DNA of 64,000 nt from Acidobacteriota bacterium (GTDB taxonomy: Bacteria > Acidobacteriota > UBA890 > WLXD01): assembly GCA_965248695.1 (NCBI GenBank), contig CBDFKD010000002.1:4768001-4832000 (forward strand), given 5' to 3'. Under the pieces are notes generated by a model. The model worked only from the letters and a program-made list of their open reading frames with translations, had not been told where the DNA came from and ran no database searches. Positions 37,136 to 48,888 of this stretch are shown piece by piece; within the stretch, counting starts at the first letter, position 1; each line of letters opens with the position of its first letter. The translations under genes and the position numbers were made by a program.

Positions 37136-37160
37136 TGACCGCAGAAGTTAACTGCGGTCA
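37136..37160. repeat. 9-bp inverted repeat spanning the ketosynthase stop codon
   Basis: TGACCGCAG-AAGTTAA-CTGCGGTCA; no U-tract follows on either strand. Confidence 0.6.
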
Positions 37161-38740
37161 CGCCAGGGCCGGGAGATCACGCAGGCGTTGATGCCGCCCA
37201 CTCCCATCGACAGCTTGCCCGCTGCACCGGAGTCTGCCGGGCAACCCTCGTCGAGAACGTAGCGCAAGGGGAGGCTGGCGACGCTGGGGTTCAATTGGTC
37301 GGCGGACAGCGGCGTCGGGTGGATTCGGCCGCCGGCGAGGCCGAGGTGCTGCGCCATCAGCTCCCAGCCCCCGCAGCACGACATGCCGTGGCCGAACGTG
37401 CCCTTTCGCGCCGTAACCACGACCCCGTCGCGCACCAACGCGGCCAGGTTGGTGACCTCCTGGTAGTCGCCGGGTGTCGCCGTGGCGTGGAGGTCCCAGG
37501 TGGAGATTTCGTCGGCTGCTACGCCGGCATCTTCCAGAGCGCGGCGAATCGACTCCTGCGGGCCGTTCTGAGAAGGCGTGATGATGTGGTCTGCGTCCGA
37601 GGTGACCCCGACGCCTAGAAGCTCCAAGCCCAGTGGAGTGAAGCCCTGCCCTTCCATGAAGTCGCGATCCCCGACGATCCACACACACGCTCCACCCGCC
37701 ACATGAGTGCCGCGAAGATCCGTTAGCGGAACCGATGGTTCCCGGTCGGCAGCGAGCACGCGGGCCTTGTAGAAGGTTCCGACGCTCAACATGTGGGGTG
37801 GCGGGTCGGCCGCGCCTACGACGACGGCTTTGGCCTCGCCCGTTCGTATGGCCCGCATCGCCAGATGCAGGCTGACGCCGAAGCCCGAGCACGCTGCCAC
37901 CGGCGCGTACGCCGCCCCGGTGATCCGGCCCAGCATCGACACCTGAGCGGCCGGCGTATTGTGGATGTTCCACAGCAGGTTGGCCGACACGGAAAGCCAC
38001 GGCGGTGTCGGACATCCGACCTCCTTCTGGAGGCGCTCGGTTTCCGTGCGCTTGCGGCGCAGCAATCGCAGCTTTCCCTGTTCGACCTCTCCCTGGACCC
38101 CTTGAGCCTCGATCGTATTCAGACACTCCAGGAAAGCGGTCAGACCGTCTGAGCGCCCGGACCAGAAGTGGTCCCACGCTTCCGTGGCGTCGTCGCGTTC
38201 GTCGGCGTCGGCGAACTCCTCCGGCGAGGCCGGCACACTCCACTGGCGACGTAGCTCGACGCGGCGCTCGGATCCGGCCGATCCGAAGGCCGCCCGGTCA
38301 GCGTTGCGCTCCGGCTGGGCCCAGAAGCGATTCCACCGTCTCCGCGCTCGATACAAGTCCACCGAGCAGTCGTAGTACGTCGGCAGGTCACCCAAGCCCG
38401 TGGACACCAGCACCTGGGCTTCGGCGCCCAACGACTGTAGCGCCGCCTCGATCCCCGGGTTCTGTCGGAGCGACTGAATGAATGCCCCGATCGCGTACTG
38501 GGTCGTGAAGCCCATCTTCTTGCGCAGCTGCGGGAACTTCGTGGGTGCGAAACGCTCGTCGATCCAGCCTCGATAGGTCTGCAGATCGAAATCGGGGATT
38601 CCGGCAAGGAAGTTCGACTGGTCGGCATCGGAGAACGGCGACAGCCAGCTATCAGACTTCTCGAGGTTGGCGGCGAACGCCTCCACATCGGCCGAGCGTG
38701 GCGCCACCACACCCCATCCGTAGATTCCGATGCGAGTCAT
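37148..38740 (-). CDS. Beta-ketoacyl synthase (FabF-like) with large insertion
   Basis: AACSG (Cys), SDADHIITP, DLHATAT (His), KGTFGH (His), SMGVGGINA. Confidence 0.85.
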   Translation of the reverse strand: MTRIGIYGWGVVAPRSADVEAFAANLEKSDSWLSPFSDADQSNFLAGIPDFDLQTYRGWIDERFAPTKFPQLRKKMGFTTQYAIGAFIQSLRQNPGIEAALQSLGAEAQVLVSTGLGDLPTYYDCSVDLYRARRRWNRFWAQPERNADRAAFGSAGSERRVELRRQWSVPASPEEFADADERDDATEAWDHFWSGRSDGLTAFLECLNTIEAQGVQGEVEQGKLRLLRRKRTETERLQKEVGCPTPPWLSVSANLLWNIHNTPAAQVSMLGRITGAAYAPVAACSGFGVSLHLAMRAIRTGEAKAVVVGAADPPPHMLSVGTFYKARVLAADREPSVPLTDLRGTHVAGGACVWIVGDRDFMEGQGFTPLGLELLGVGVTSDADHIITPSQNGPQESIRRALEDAGVAADEISTWDLHATATPGDYQEVTNLAALVRDGVVVTARKGTFGHGMSCCGGWELMAQHLGLAGGRIHPTPLSADQLNPSVASLPLRYVLDEGCPADSGAAGKLSMGVGGINACVISRPWRDRS

Positions 38741-38814
38741 CTGTTACAGGCCACTAGAGGGGATCCGAGGAGTCGGGATGTAACCCTTTGAGCAAATGTA
38801 GGGTACGGGAAGGG

Positions 38815-39225
38815 TTACTGCGGGAGGCCCGGGCTGGCGGACGATTGCGAGGCCCGGCGGTCGTCATCGTCCGTGTCCGCCTCGTCGTTCGGAGGCAGCG
38901 GGGGGAGAAGGTAAACCTTCTCGCCGGGTTTGACCAGACCGAGGCGCTCGCGGGCTTCCCGCTCGATTGTCAATGGCTCGTCGCGGAGCAACCGAATGCG
39001 TGCCCGCAGGGCATCGTTGTCGTGCTCGGCGGCGGCGATCTCTTGCTGCAGTCGCTCTACATCCGCGCGGGCACGATACACGCCGACCATACCTCCGGCG
39101 CCGAAAAAACTGTACGCAACGCCCCAGATGCCGAATCCGGCCGCAACCCAGACGAAGCGGCGGTTCGGTGCAGTGCCGCGCTTTCGCTGTGGCTTCGGAA
39201 TGAGAATCCGAATGCCCATGACCAC
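38815..39225 (-). CDS. ftsB: Septum formation initiator (FtsB/DivIC)
   Basis: One TM, coiled coil, IEREARERLGLVKPGE; follows eno as in many bacteria. Confidence 0.85.
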   Translation of the reverse strand: MVMGIRILIPKPQRKRGTAPNRRFVWVAAGFGIWGVAYSFFGAGGMVGVYRARADVERLQQEIAAAEHDNDALRARIRLLRDEPLTIEREARERLGLVKPGEKVYLLPPLPPNDEADTDDDDRRASQSSASPGLPQ

Positions 39226-39228
39226 CCG

Positions 39229-41744
<2,516 letters not shown>

Positions 41745-41753
41745 GCGAGCAGC

Positions 41754-41928
41754 CTAGCAGGCCGTGGTGAAAGTGTGGTGGGTCTGGCGACAGGGTTTTG
41801 CGAGGCGCAGGCCAGGAGAGAGGAGGAGGCGATGGTAACTCCATCGTTGACGACAAACGACGCAGCATGCGCGCGCAACCCCAACTCGCCGTAACCAGAC
41901 CCACCACACTTTCACCACGGCCTGCTAG
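41754..41928. mobile_element. MITE-like non-autonomous element, 175 bp
   Basis: Perfect 34-bp inverted repeats CTAGCAGGCCGTGGTGAAAGTGTGGTGGGTCTGG (41754-41787) / CCAGACCCACCACACTTTCACCACGGCCTGCTAG (41895-41928); CTAG at both ends; internal hairpin CGATGG-TAACT-CCATCG; no credible coding capacity. Confidence 0.8.
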
Positions 41929-42037
41929 ACGGAGCACGTGTCGCGGTCAAAACACCGACTCTGGCGCTGACGAGTGGGTCGGAGAGTTCCCAGGCCCGCC
42001 GCTTGACGGGTGTCGTCGCGCGGGCGAGCCTCGCCGG

Positions 42038-42928
42038 ATGCGCGACATCGGTTCCTGGTTCGGTCTGACGAACAAGCAAGGCGAGCAACGGACGGCGCTG
42101 ATTCTCGGTTGTCCGTTGGACGACGCGGCGACCGGGCGGTCCGGGGCGTCCGCCGGCCCCGCCGCCATTCGGCGCTGGGCCGGAAGTGCCGAGGCGATCG
42201 ATGAGATCGGACACCCGGTGACCGGGCTGCAGGTCCGTGATCTGGGCGACATCACGATCGAGGCTCCGGTGTGGGCGGTGATTGAGGCGGCCGGACGTGC
42301 GGCCCTGCTTGAGCAACCCGGTGGCTTTCTGATCGGTCTCGGCGGCGATCACTCGGTCACGCCGCCCCTCGTGGCGGCGGTCGCCGAAGAGCACCGCGAC
42401 CTCGCCTTTCTGATGCTCGACGCCCACGCAGATTGCTTCGATACGTACGACGGCGATCGTGATTCGCACGCCTGTGTCGTGCGCCGCGTTTGGGACACGG
42501 TCGGGGTGGCTGCCGAGGCCACCTTTCTCGCCGGCCTGCGATCGTTCGCCCAGGCTGAGCTGGAGTCAATCGAGCGCGCCGGCCTCGTCTGCACGGCGTC
42601 CTCGTGGAGCGCGCTCGGCAGTCGGGAGCTGGCTCGCCAGATCGCCGACCGGGTCGGAGATCGACCGCTATACATATCGCTCGACATCGACGTGCTGGAT
42701 CCAGCCGCGGCCCCCGGGACCGGCTATCCGGTGGCTGGCGGGCCCGATTGCCGCGCCCTACTGGACGTGCTTGCGGCGTTGTGGATCACCACTGATGTTG
42801 TCGGTCTCGACCTGGTGGAGGTCGCGCCGGCGCTGGATCCCAGCGACAGCACCGCCGCCGTCGCTGCCCATGTGCTCCTCCAGGTCCTGGCGCACATCGC
42901 ACGCCGTGGAGTCGGCGGGTCGGAGTAG
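42038..42928 (+). CDS. Agmatinase/arginase (ureohydrolase) family protein
   Basis: GPAAIR, GGDHSVT, DAHAD, SLDIDVLDP..APGTG, DLVEVAP. Confidence 0.9.
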   Translation: MRDIGSWFGLTNKQGEQRTALILGCPLDDAATGRSGASAGPAAIRRWAGSAEAIDEIGHPVTGLQVRDLGDITIEAPVWAVIEAAGRAALLEQPGGFLIGLGGDHSVTPPLVAAVAEEHRDLAFLMLDAHADCFDTYDGDRDSHACVVRRVWDTVGVAAEATFLAGLRSFAQAELESIERAGLVCTASSWSALGSRELARQIADRVGDRPLYISLDIDVLDPAAAPGTGYPVAGGPDCRALLDVLAALWITTDVVGLDLVEVAPALDPSDSTAAVAAHVLLQVLAHIARRGVGGSE

Positions 42929-42938
42929 AATCGCCACA

Positions 42939-43889
42939 ATGGCGCACGCACACCATCATCATCACGATCATTCCCACGGCGGCGGCCGGCAGCGGTCCGG
43001 CGAACGCCGTGGCCTCATGCTGGCGCTGGTTACCACCAGCGTCATCCTGGTGGCGGAGTTCGTCGGCGGCTGGCTGAGCAACAGTCTGGCACTTCTGGCA
43101 GATGCCGGGCATATGCTTTCCGACGCGCTGGCGCTGCTGCTCGCCTACCTTGCCGTCAGCCTGGCGTCACGGCCGGCGACTCGCAGCAAGACCTACGGCT
43201 GGTACCGACTCGAGATCCTCGCGGCGCTGGTCAACGGCGTGGTCCTGGTGTTGATCTCCGGGTTCATCGCCTGGGAGGCGTACGAGCGAATGATGGAGCC
43301 GCCGACGGTCGATGCGCCGCTGATGATGAGCGTCGCCGTGGTCGGGTTGATAGCGAACGGGCTCGGGCTGTTCTTTCTGTCGGGGCACACGCACAGCCTG
43401 AACCTGCGCAGCGCCTACCTGCATGTGCTCGGTGACCTGTTGTCGTCGGTTGCCGTCGTTGTCGGCGGCGTGGTGATGCTCTCAACCGGCGCCTATTGGG
43501 TGGATCCGGCACTGTCGGCGCTCATCGCCGCGGTCATCGTCATCGGCGCCTGGCGGATCCTGCGGGAGTCGGTCGACGTACTCCTCGAGGCCACCCCGGC
43601 GGGCATCGACTACCGGGAAGTGGAGGGTGCGATCGCGGCGCTCGACGGCGTGGAAGGCGTGCACGATCTGCACATCTGGAGCCTTACCTCGGGGGTGAAC
43701 GCGCTCTCTTGCCACGTTGAGGTAAAGCCCGAACGCCTGGTCGAGTGCGAGGGGGTTCTCGACGCGGTCCGTCTGGTCGCACGGGAGAGCTTCCAGATCG
43801 ACCACACGACGGTGCAGATCGAACCGGAGCACTACAAGAGCCGCCAGCCGATTCGGTGGCAGGTGTCCGAGGGCAGTCATGTCACCTGA
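42939..43889 (+). CDS. Cation diffusion facilitator (CzcD/ZitB-like)
   Basis: His-rich N-terminus, SLALLADAGHMLSD, HVLGD, HDLHIW, HTTVQIE. Confidence 0.93.
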   Translation: MAHAHHHHHDHSHGGGRQRSGERRGLMLALVTTSVILVAEFVGGWLSNSLALLADAGHMLSDALALLLAYLAVSLASRPATRSKTYGWYRLEILAALVNGVVLVLISGFIAWEAYERMMEPPTVDAPLMMSVAVVGLIANGLGLFFLSGHTHSLNLRSAYLHVLGDLLSSVAVVVGGVVMLSTGAYWVDPALSALIAAVIVIGAWRILRESVDVLLEATPAGIDYREVEGAIAALDGVEGVHDLHIWSLTSGVNALSCHVEVKPERLVECEGVLDAVRLVARESFQIDHTTVQIEPEHYKSRQPIRWQVSEGSHVT

Positions 43890-44685
43890 GCGCCTTGCGG
43901 CAGCGCAGATGGAGCGTTATCAAGCGCACCTGCAGCTTCCCGGCTTCAGCATCGCGGCCCAGCAACGCCTCATGGCGGCGCGCGCTCTGGTGGTCGGCGT
44001 TGGTGGCCTCGGCTGTCCCATAGCCCAGTACCTGGTGGCTGCCGGAGTCGGCACGGTGGGGCTGGTTGATGACGACACGATCGAGGCTTCCAACCTGCAA
44101 CGACAGGTGCTCTTCGACGAGGAGGATCAAGGTCGACGCAAGGTAGACGTGGCGGCAGCGCGCCTGCGGGCGCAGAACCCTGCCGTGAAGTTGCGCGAGC
44201 ATCCGATCCGCGTTACCGCCGCCAACGTACTGGCGCTGGTGGCGGAGTACGATCTGGTCCTGGACGGGAGCGATAACTTCGCCACTCGCTATGTCGTCAA
44301 CGACGCCTGTGTGCTGGCGCGTGTTCCACTGGTCACCGGCAGCCTGTATCGCTTCGAGGGTCAGGTCACGGTCATATCTCCACCGCTGACGCCCTGCTAC
44401 CGGTGCGTGTTCCGCCGCCCGCCGGTCGAACAACCACCGTGCCACGATGCCGGACTGCTGGGGGCGCTCGCGGGCATCATCGGCAGCATCCAGGCGGCAG
44501 AGGGTCTCAAGCTGCTCGCCTACGAGGTCACCACGCTCATGGGGCGCCTGTTGCTGGTGGATACGCAGCAGATGAGCTTTCGTTCCGTGCAACTGCGCCA
44601 GGACCCCGAGTGTCCGCTGTGCGGGCGGGCTCCAAGCATCGACCGACCCACGGCCGTTGCGGTGGGCGAGCCGGCGCGCAGCTGA
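43879..44685 (+). CDS. MoeB/ThiF family adenylyltransferase
   Basis: VGVGGLG, SNLQRQ, DGSDNF, CYRC...CPLC zinc motifs; no rhodanese tail. Confidence 0.9.
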   Translation: MSPERLAAAQMERYQAHLQLPGFSIAAQQRLMAARALVVGVGGLGCPIAQYLVAAGVGTVGLVDDDTIEASNLQRQVLFDEEDQGRRKVDVAAARLRAQNPAVKLREHPIRVTAANVLALVAEYDLVLDGSDNFATRYVVNDACVLARVPLVTGSLYRFEGQVTVISPPLTPCYRCVFRRPPVEQPPCHDAGLLGALAGIIGSIQAAEGLKLLAYEVTTLMGRLLLVDTQQMSFRSVQLRQDPECPLCGRAPSIDRPTAVAVGEPARS

Positions 44686-44699
44686 GCCGGGGATCCTGC

Positions 44700-46178
44700 G
44701 TGAGTGGACCGCGGATCTGCGTCAGCCTGGCGGCGCCTGATCTCGCCGCCCTGATTGCCGGGTACGACGAGCTGGGCGACGCCGACCTTGTGGAGATCCG
44801 CCTCGATGCCCTGTCGCCGAGCGCCACTGCCATCGAGGTGGGTGAGGCGGTAGCGCGGGCGCCGGTCGAAGTGGTCGCGACGTGCCGCCGGTGTTCCGAT
44901 GGTGGTGCCTTTGAGGGTTCCGAGTCCGAGCGCCACGCCCTGCTCGATGCGGCGCTCCGTGCCGGAGCGGCATACGTCGACATCGAGCTCGACGCCGAGT
45001 GGGCGCCGGAGATGCTGGCCGGGGCGTCGGAGCACGTGGTGCTCTCGCACCACTGGGCGCGAGAGCGGCCCGACGATGTGGAGCAGCGCGTGGTCCGTAT
45101 CCTCGAGTTACGCCCCGAGGTGGCCAAGCTGGTCGCTCCGGCTCGGGTGCCGGATGACGCCTTGCCGTTGCTGGCGGCGGGTGACAGGTTGCGGGCTGCG
45201 GGCCTCGACTGCACTTGCTTCTGCATGGGCCCAGCCGGTGCCGGTAGCCGGCTGCTCGACCTGTCGCGTGGCGGCGTGTGGTCGTATGCGTCTGTTCCGA
45301 ACGCTGCTCCGACGGCGCCGGGACAATGGCCCGCGAGCATGTTGCGCCACCAGCTCGGCATCGGGCGCTGGCGTGCGGATCAGGCGCGCTACGCGGTGAT
45401 CGGCGATCCGATCACACACTCGTTGTCGCCGGTGGTCTTCAACGCGGCCTTCGAGCACGCCGCTCGCAAGGCCCTATACATGCCGCTGCCGGGAGATGAC
45501 TTCGCCGCTGTGGCGCAGACCGCCGCGGCAATGGAGCTCACCGGTCTGAGCGTCACCATGCCCTTCAAGCGCGAGGCCGCCGAGTTCGCCGACGTGCTCT
45601 CGGCGGACGCCGAGCGTATGGAGGCTGTGAATACGCTGGTGCGTCGCCACGGACGCTGGGAAGGGCACAACACCGACGGGGCGGCCCTGGTGCAAGCCCT
45701 GACCGCAGCAACGGCGCTAGAAGGCACGATCGTCGCCGTGCTGGGTGCCGGCGGTGCCGCCGCCGCCGCCACAGTCGCCCTGCAGCGAGCTGGGGCGCAC
45801 GTGAGCGTGCTGGGGCGCTCGCTCGATCGCGCCCGCGAGGTTGCAGCGGCGCTCGGTTGTGAGGCGGGGCATCTGGACGGGATCACCGAAGTGGGGGCCC
45901 AGGTCATCGTCAACGCGACCCCTGTGGGCATGGGTGGAACCGCTCATACGCCTATTCCGACCGCCGAGTTGCGAGGAGATGAGGTGGTGCTGGATATGGT
46001 CTATCGTCCGCCGGAGACAGAGTTATTGCGGCAGGCCCGGGGTCGCGGTTGCACGACGATCTCCGGGTTGGAGATGTTCCTCAGGCAGGCGGCGGCACAG
46101 CACGAGATATGGACCGGCGACCCGGCGCCGACCGAGCGCATGCGGGTAGCAGCGTTGACCGTGCTCGGCGTCGCCTGA
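44700..46178 (+). CDS. aroDE: Fused type I 3-dehydroquinate dehydratase-shikimate dehydrogenase
   Basis: N-term VEIRLD, ATCRR..DGG, YVDIE, LSHH, APGQ; C-term GDPITHSLSP, SVTMPFK, NTDG, LGAGGAA, NATPVG, DMVY. Confidence 0.9.
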   Translation: MSGPRICVSLAAPDLAALIAGYDELGDADLVEIRLDALSPSATAIEVGEAVARAPVEVVATCRRCSDGGAFEGSESERHALLDAALRAGAAYVDIELDAEWAPEMLAGASEHVVLSHHWARERPDDVEQRVVRILELRPEVAKLVAPARVPDDALPLLAAGDRLRAAGLDCTCFCMGPAGAGSRLLDLSRGGVWSYASVPNAAPTAPGQWPASMLRHQLGIGRWRADQARYAVIGDPITHSLSPVVFNAAFEHAARKALYMPLPGDDFAAVAQTAAAMELTGLSVTMPFKREAAEFADVLSADAERMEAVNTLVRRHGRWEGHNTDGAALVQALTAATALEGTIVAVLGAGGAAAAATVALQRAGAHVSVLGRSLDRAREVAAALGCEAGHLDGITEVGAQVIVNATPVGMGGTAHTPIPTAELRGDEVVLDMVYRPPETELLRQARGRGCTTISGLEMFLRQAAAQHEIWTGDPAPTERMRVAALTVLGVA

Positions 46179-46190
46179 ACGGAGGTATCG

Positions 46191-46961
46191 ATGATGGACA
46201 CAATGGACTCGCCCGATATCCCGGACGCAGATGTTCCGCGTGGAGCGGTCGCGGTCTTCGGCCCGACGCTGAATGCCATCTTCGCCCCGACCAAAGCATT
46301 CGACGTGCTTGCCCGGCGCCCGGTGCTCGCGTGCTGGCCGATTCTCTGGGTGACCGTGCTGATGATGCTGCTCGGCGCCATGAACCTCGACATCACGCGC
46401 CAGATCATGCGCGTCGGGATGCTGGAGGGAATGGCGCAACAGGGGCAGCAGGTCGACGTCGAGCAGGCGCGCTCGATGATCGAGACGATGGACAAGTGGG
46501 CCCCTGCCTGGGCGGTCGGGTTCAACCTGTTCATTCTGATTGCGGTCGGCGTCTTCGCCGCGTTGATTTGGGTCGGTGCCAGCATCATGGGTGGCTCGAC
46601 CAGGTTTTCGCACAGCTTCGCGGTCGCTTCCGTTGGCGCCGTGATTCATCCGTTGCTGGCGACCGCCTTCGTCAGCCTCGTGTGGCGTCTGGATCCGCCG
46701 GAGATTCGCCGTATGGCCGATTTCGTGCAGTCGACCCCCTCACTCGGGCTCGGCCTTCTGTTTGGCAGTACCGAGCTATCGCCAGCGATGGCACAGGTGG
46801 TAGCTCGCTTCGACGTGTTCAACTTCTGGTGGATGGCGATCGTGGTCATCGGCGGCGAGAGGTTGCTGGGGCTGAAGCGCGGCGGAGCGTTGACCCTGGC
46901 GGTGGCGCTTTGGGCGATGTCAATAGGGCTGGTCGCCTTCTGGACCAGCCTGAGCTCCTGA
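46191..46961 (+). CDS. Yip1-domain membrane protein
   Basis: IFAPTKAF N-terminal motif, about five TM segments, RBS GGAGG. Confidence 0.75.
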   Translation: MMDTMDSPDIPDADVPRGAVAVFGPTLNAIFAPTKAFDVLARRPVLACWPILWVTVLMMLLGAMNLDITRQIMRVGMLEGMAQQGQQVDVEQARSMIETMDKWAPAWAVGFNLFILIAVGVFAALIWVGASIMGGSTRFSHSFAVASVGAVIHPLLATAFVSLVWRLDPPEIRRMADFVQSTPSLGLGLLFGSTELSPAMAQVVARFDVFNFWWMAIVVIGGERLLGLKRGGALTLAVALWAMSIGLVAFWTSLSS

Positions 46962-47013
46962 AGTCCGGCGAGCAGGCGCTCACGGTGGTCTTGGTTCGAT
47001 CGTCGGGCGCCAA

Positions 47014-47043
47014 TTGACCGCGAGCCGGCCGGGTTGCTAGGCT
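47014..47043 (+). promoter_or_regulatory. Candidate sigma70 promoter of the trp superoperon
   Basis: TTGACC-N18-TAGGCT with extended -10 TG. Confidence 0.55.
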
Positions 47044-47123
47044 CCTCGGCACTGAGGCGAGACCATGTCCCCGGCGGCATCCACGCCGTCTCCGGGGTAC
47101 CAGCCACGTTGACGGAGAGCGCG

Positions 47124-47258
47124 ATGAGCGCTGAATTCGCCGATTTTACCCGCGCATCCTGTAGGGGCGCTCCGTCGAGCCTCGTCCACCACGCACCGCA
47201 CGCCTGGCGCGACGCCTATTGGTATTGGCGATATCAGCGGCCCGCCTGCGGCGCGTAG
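47124..47258 (+). CDS. Putative Trp/Tyr-rich leader peptide (attenuator)
   Basis: GGAGAG RBS, 44-aa ORF containing W-R-D-A-Y-W-Y-W-R-Y, ending 76 nt before trpE; imperfect hairpin at 47281-47307. Confidence 0.6.
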   Translation: MSAEFADFTRASCRGAPSSLVHHAPHAWRDAYWYWRYQRPACGA

Positions 47259-47334
47259 TTCCCCCAACGGAAACGAACCGGAGGCTGGCCGTGAGGCTAC
47301 GGTCCTCGTATATCTGCGTCCGCGAGCGGAAGCC

Positions 47335-48888
47335 GTGCAACTGACGGCTTACCCCGACCTGGACGGTTTCGTCGCCGCTAGTGCCGGCGCGACGGTTGTG
47401 CCGGTGTGCGTGGAACGCATCGGCGATTTGCTGACACCGGTATCGGCGGCGCTACGGTTGGCCGGCCACGTGCGACGCCCGTTCCTGCTGGAGAGCGCCG
47501 AAGGTGGCGAGCACATCGGCCGCTACTCGTACCTGGGGGGCGACCCGTTCCTCGAGCTGGTCGGCGACGCGGAGGGGCTCGTTCTGCGGCCGGCTGATGG
47601 GCCGGAGCAGCGGCTGGACGGCGATCCGGTGGCCAATCTTGCGGCCATACAGGCTCGCTATCGAGGTGCCGAGATCGCCGGTGCGCCCCCGTTCTCGGGC
47701 GGCGGAGTGGGTTACCTCGGTTACGACGCCGTGCGCTGGGTCGAGCGTGTGCCACACGCGCGGCGTGGTGACGAGCTTCCGTGGCTGTATATGGGGTTCT
47801 ACGACACCCTCCTGGCGTTCGATCACCTCAAGCATCGAATCAAGCTGGTGGCCAACGCCCACGTCGTCGACCCGAACGATGCGAGTGCGCTGCGGTTGGC
47901 GTACGAGGATGCGGTCGAGCGCCTGGCTCGACTGGCCGCGCTGCTAGACACGGATGTGCCGGATTCTGCGCCGCTCGACGCGGTCGGCCCCGCGATGGCA
48001 CCGCCGTTGCGCACTACCGAGGAGCCATCGCGCGAGCGGTTCTGCGCTGGCGTCGAGCGCGCCCGTGAGTACATTCGGGCCGGCGACGTGTTCCAGGTGG
48101 TGCTGTCGCGCCGGCTCGAGTGCCGTACTGACGCGTCACCGTTGACGGTGTATCGGGCCCTGCGGGCCATCAACCCGTCGCCCTACATGTTCTGTCTCGA
48201 TACCGGCGCGGCGGCGATCGTCGGCTCGTCGCCCGAGATGCTGGTGCGGGTGGAGGACGGCGTGGTCGAGAACAGGCCGATCGCGGGCACCCGCCGGCGG
48301 GATGCGGATCCCGAGATTGACCTTCGTCTGGAGAAGGAGCTCCTGTCGGACGAGAAGGAGCTCGCCGAGCATCTGATGCTCGTGGATCTCGGGCGTAACG
48401 ACATCGGGCGAGTGGCGGAGTATGGCGCCGTCGAGGTGCCAGAGTTCATGCGCGTCGAGCGTTACTCGCACGTCATGCACATCGTCTCGTCGGTGCGCGG
48501 TGCGCTACGTGCCGGTGTTTCCCCTACGGAGGCACTGTTCGCCAGCTTCCCGGCCGGGACGGTGTCGGGGGCTCCCAAGATCCGCGCCATGGAGATCATC
48601 AACGAGCTCGAGGACCACGCCCGTGGTGTGTATGCCGGTGCGATCCTGTACAGCGACTTCGCCGGGAATCTCAACTCGTGCATCGCCATTCGCACGATCG
48701 TCATGCACGACGGGATCGCGCGAGTGCAGGCAGGGGCGGGGCTCGTAATCGACTCGCGTGCCGAACGCGAGCTGACGGAGACCGACGAGAAGGCGGCTGC
48801 TCCATTGCAGGCTCTCGCCTGGGCCGACGCGGCCACATTGGCGCAGGCCGAGCCACGGGCTCGCGCCGGGTCGGAGGTGGCCTCGTGA
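47335..48888 (+). CDS. trpE: Anthranilate synthase component I
   Basis: FLLESAEGG..GRYS, FQVVLS, NPSPYM, PIAGT, EHLMLVDLGRND, PAGTVSGAPK. Confidence 0.95.
   Translation: MQLTAYPDLDGFVAASAGATVVPVCVERIGDLLTPVSAALRLAGHVRRPFLLESAEGGEHIGRYSYLGGDPFLELVGDAEGLVLRPADGPEQRLDGDPVANLAAIQARYRGAEIAGAPPFSGGGVGYLGYDAVRWVERVPHARRGDELPWLYMGFYDTLLAFDHLKHRIKLVANAHVVDPNDASALRLAYEDAVERLARLAALLDTDVPDSAPLDAVGPAMAPPLRTTEEPSRERFCAGVERAREYIRAGDVFQVVLSRRLECRTDASPLTVYRALRAINPSPYMFCLDTGAAAIVGSSPEMLVRVEDGVVENRPIAGTRRRDADPEIDLRLEKELLSDEKELAEHLMLVDLGRNDIGRVAEYGAVEVPEFMRVERYSHVMHIVSSVRGALRAGVSPTEALFASFPAGTVSGAPKIRAMEIINELEDHARGVYAGAILYSDFAGNLNSCIAIRTIVMHDGIARVQAGAGLVIDSRAERELTETDEKAAAPLQALAWADAATLAQAEPRARAGSEVAS

Noticed and set aside
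37136-37160. Intrinsic terminator after the ketosynthase
   Set aside because: The hairpin is real but is followed by an A-rich rather than U-rich tract on the coding strand.
46962-47334. T-box riboswitch upstream of trpE
   Set aside because: No T-box consensus (GGTGG-ACC-CG) or U-tailed terminator seen; the leader-peptide model fits better.
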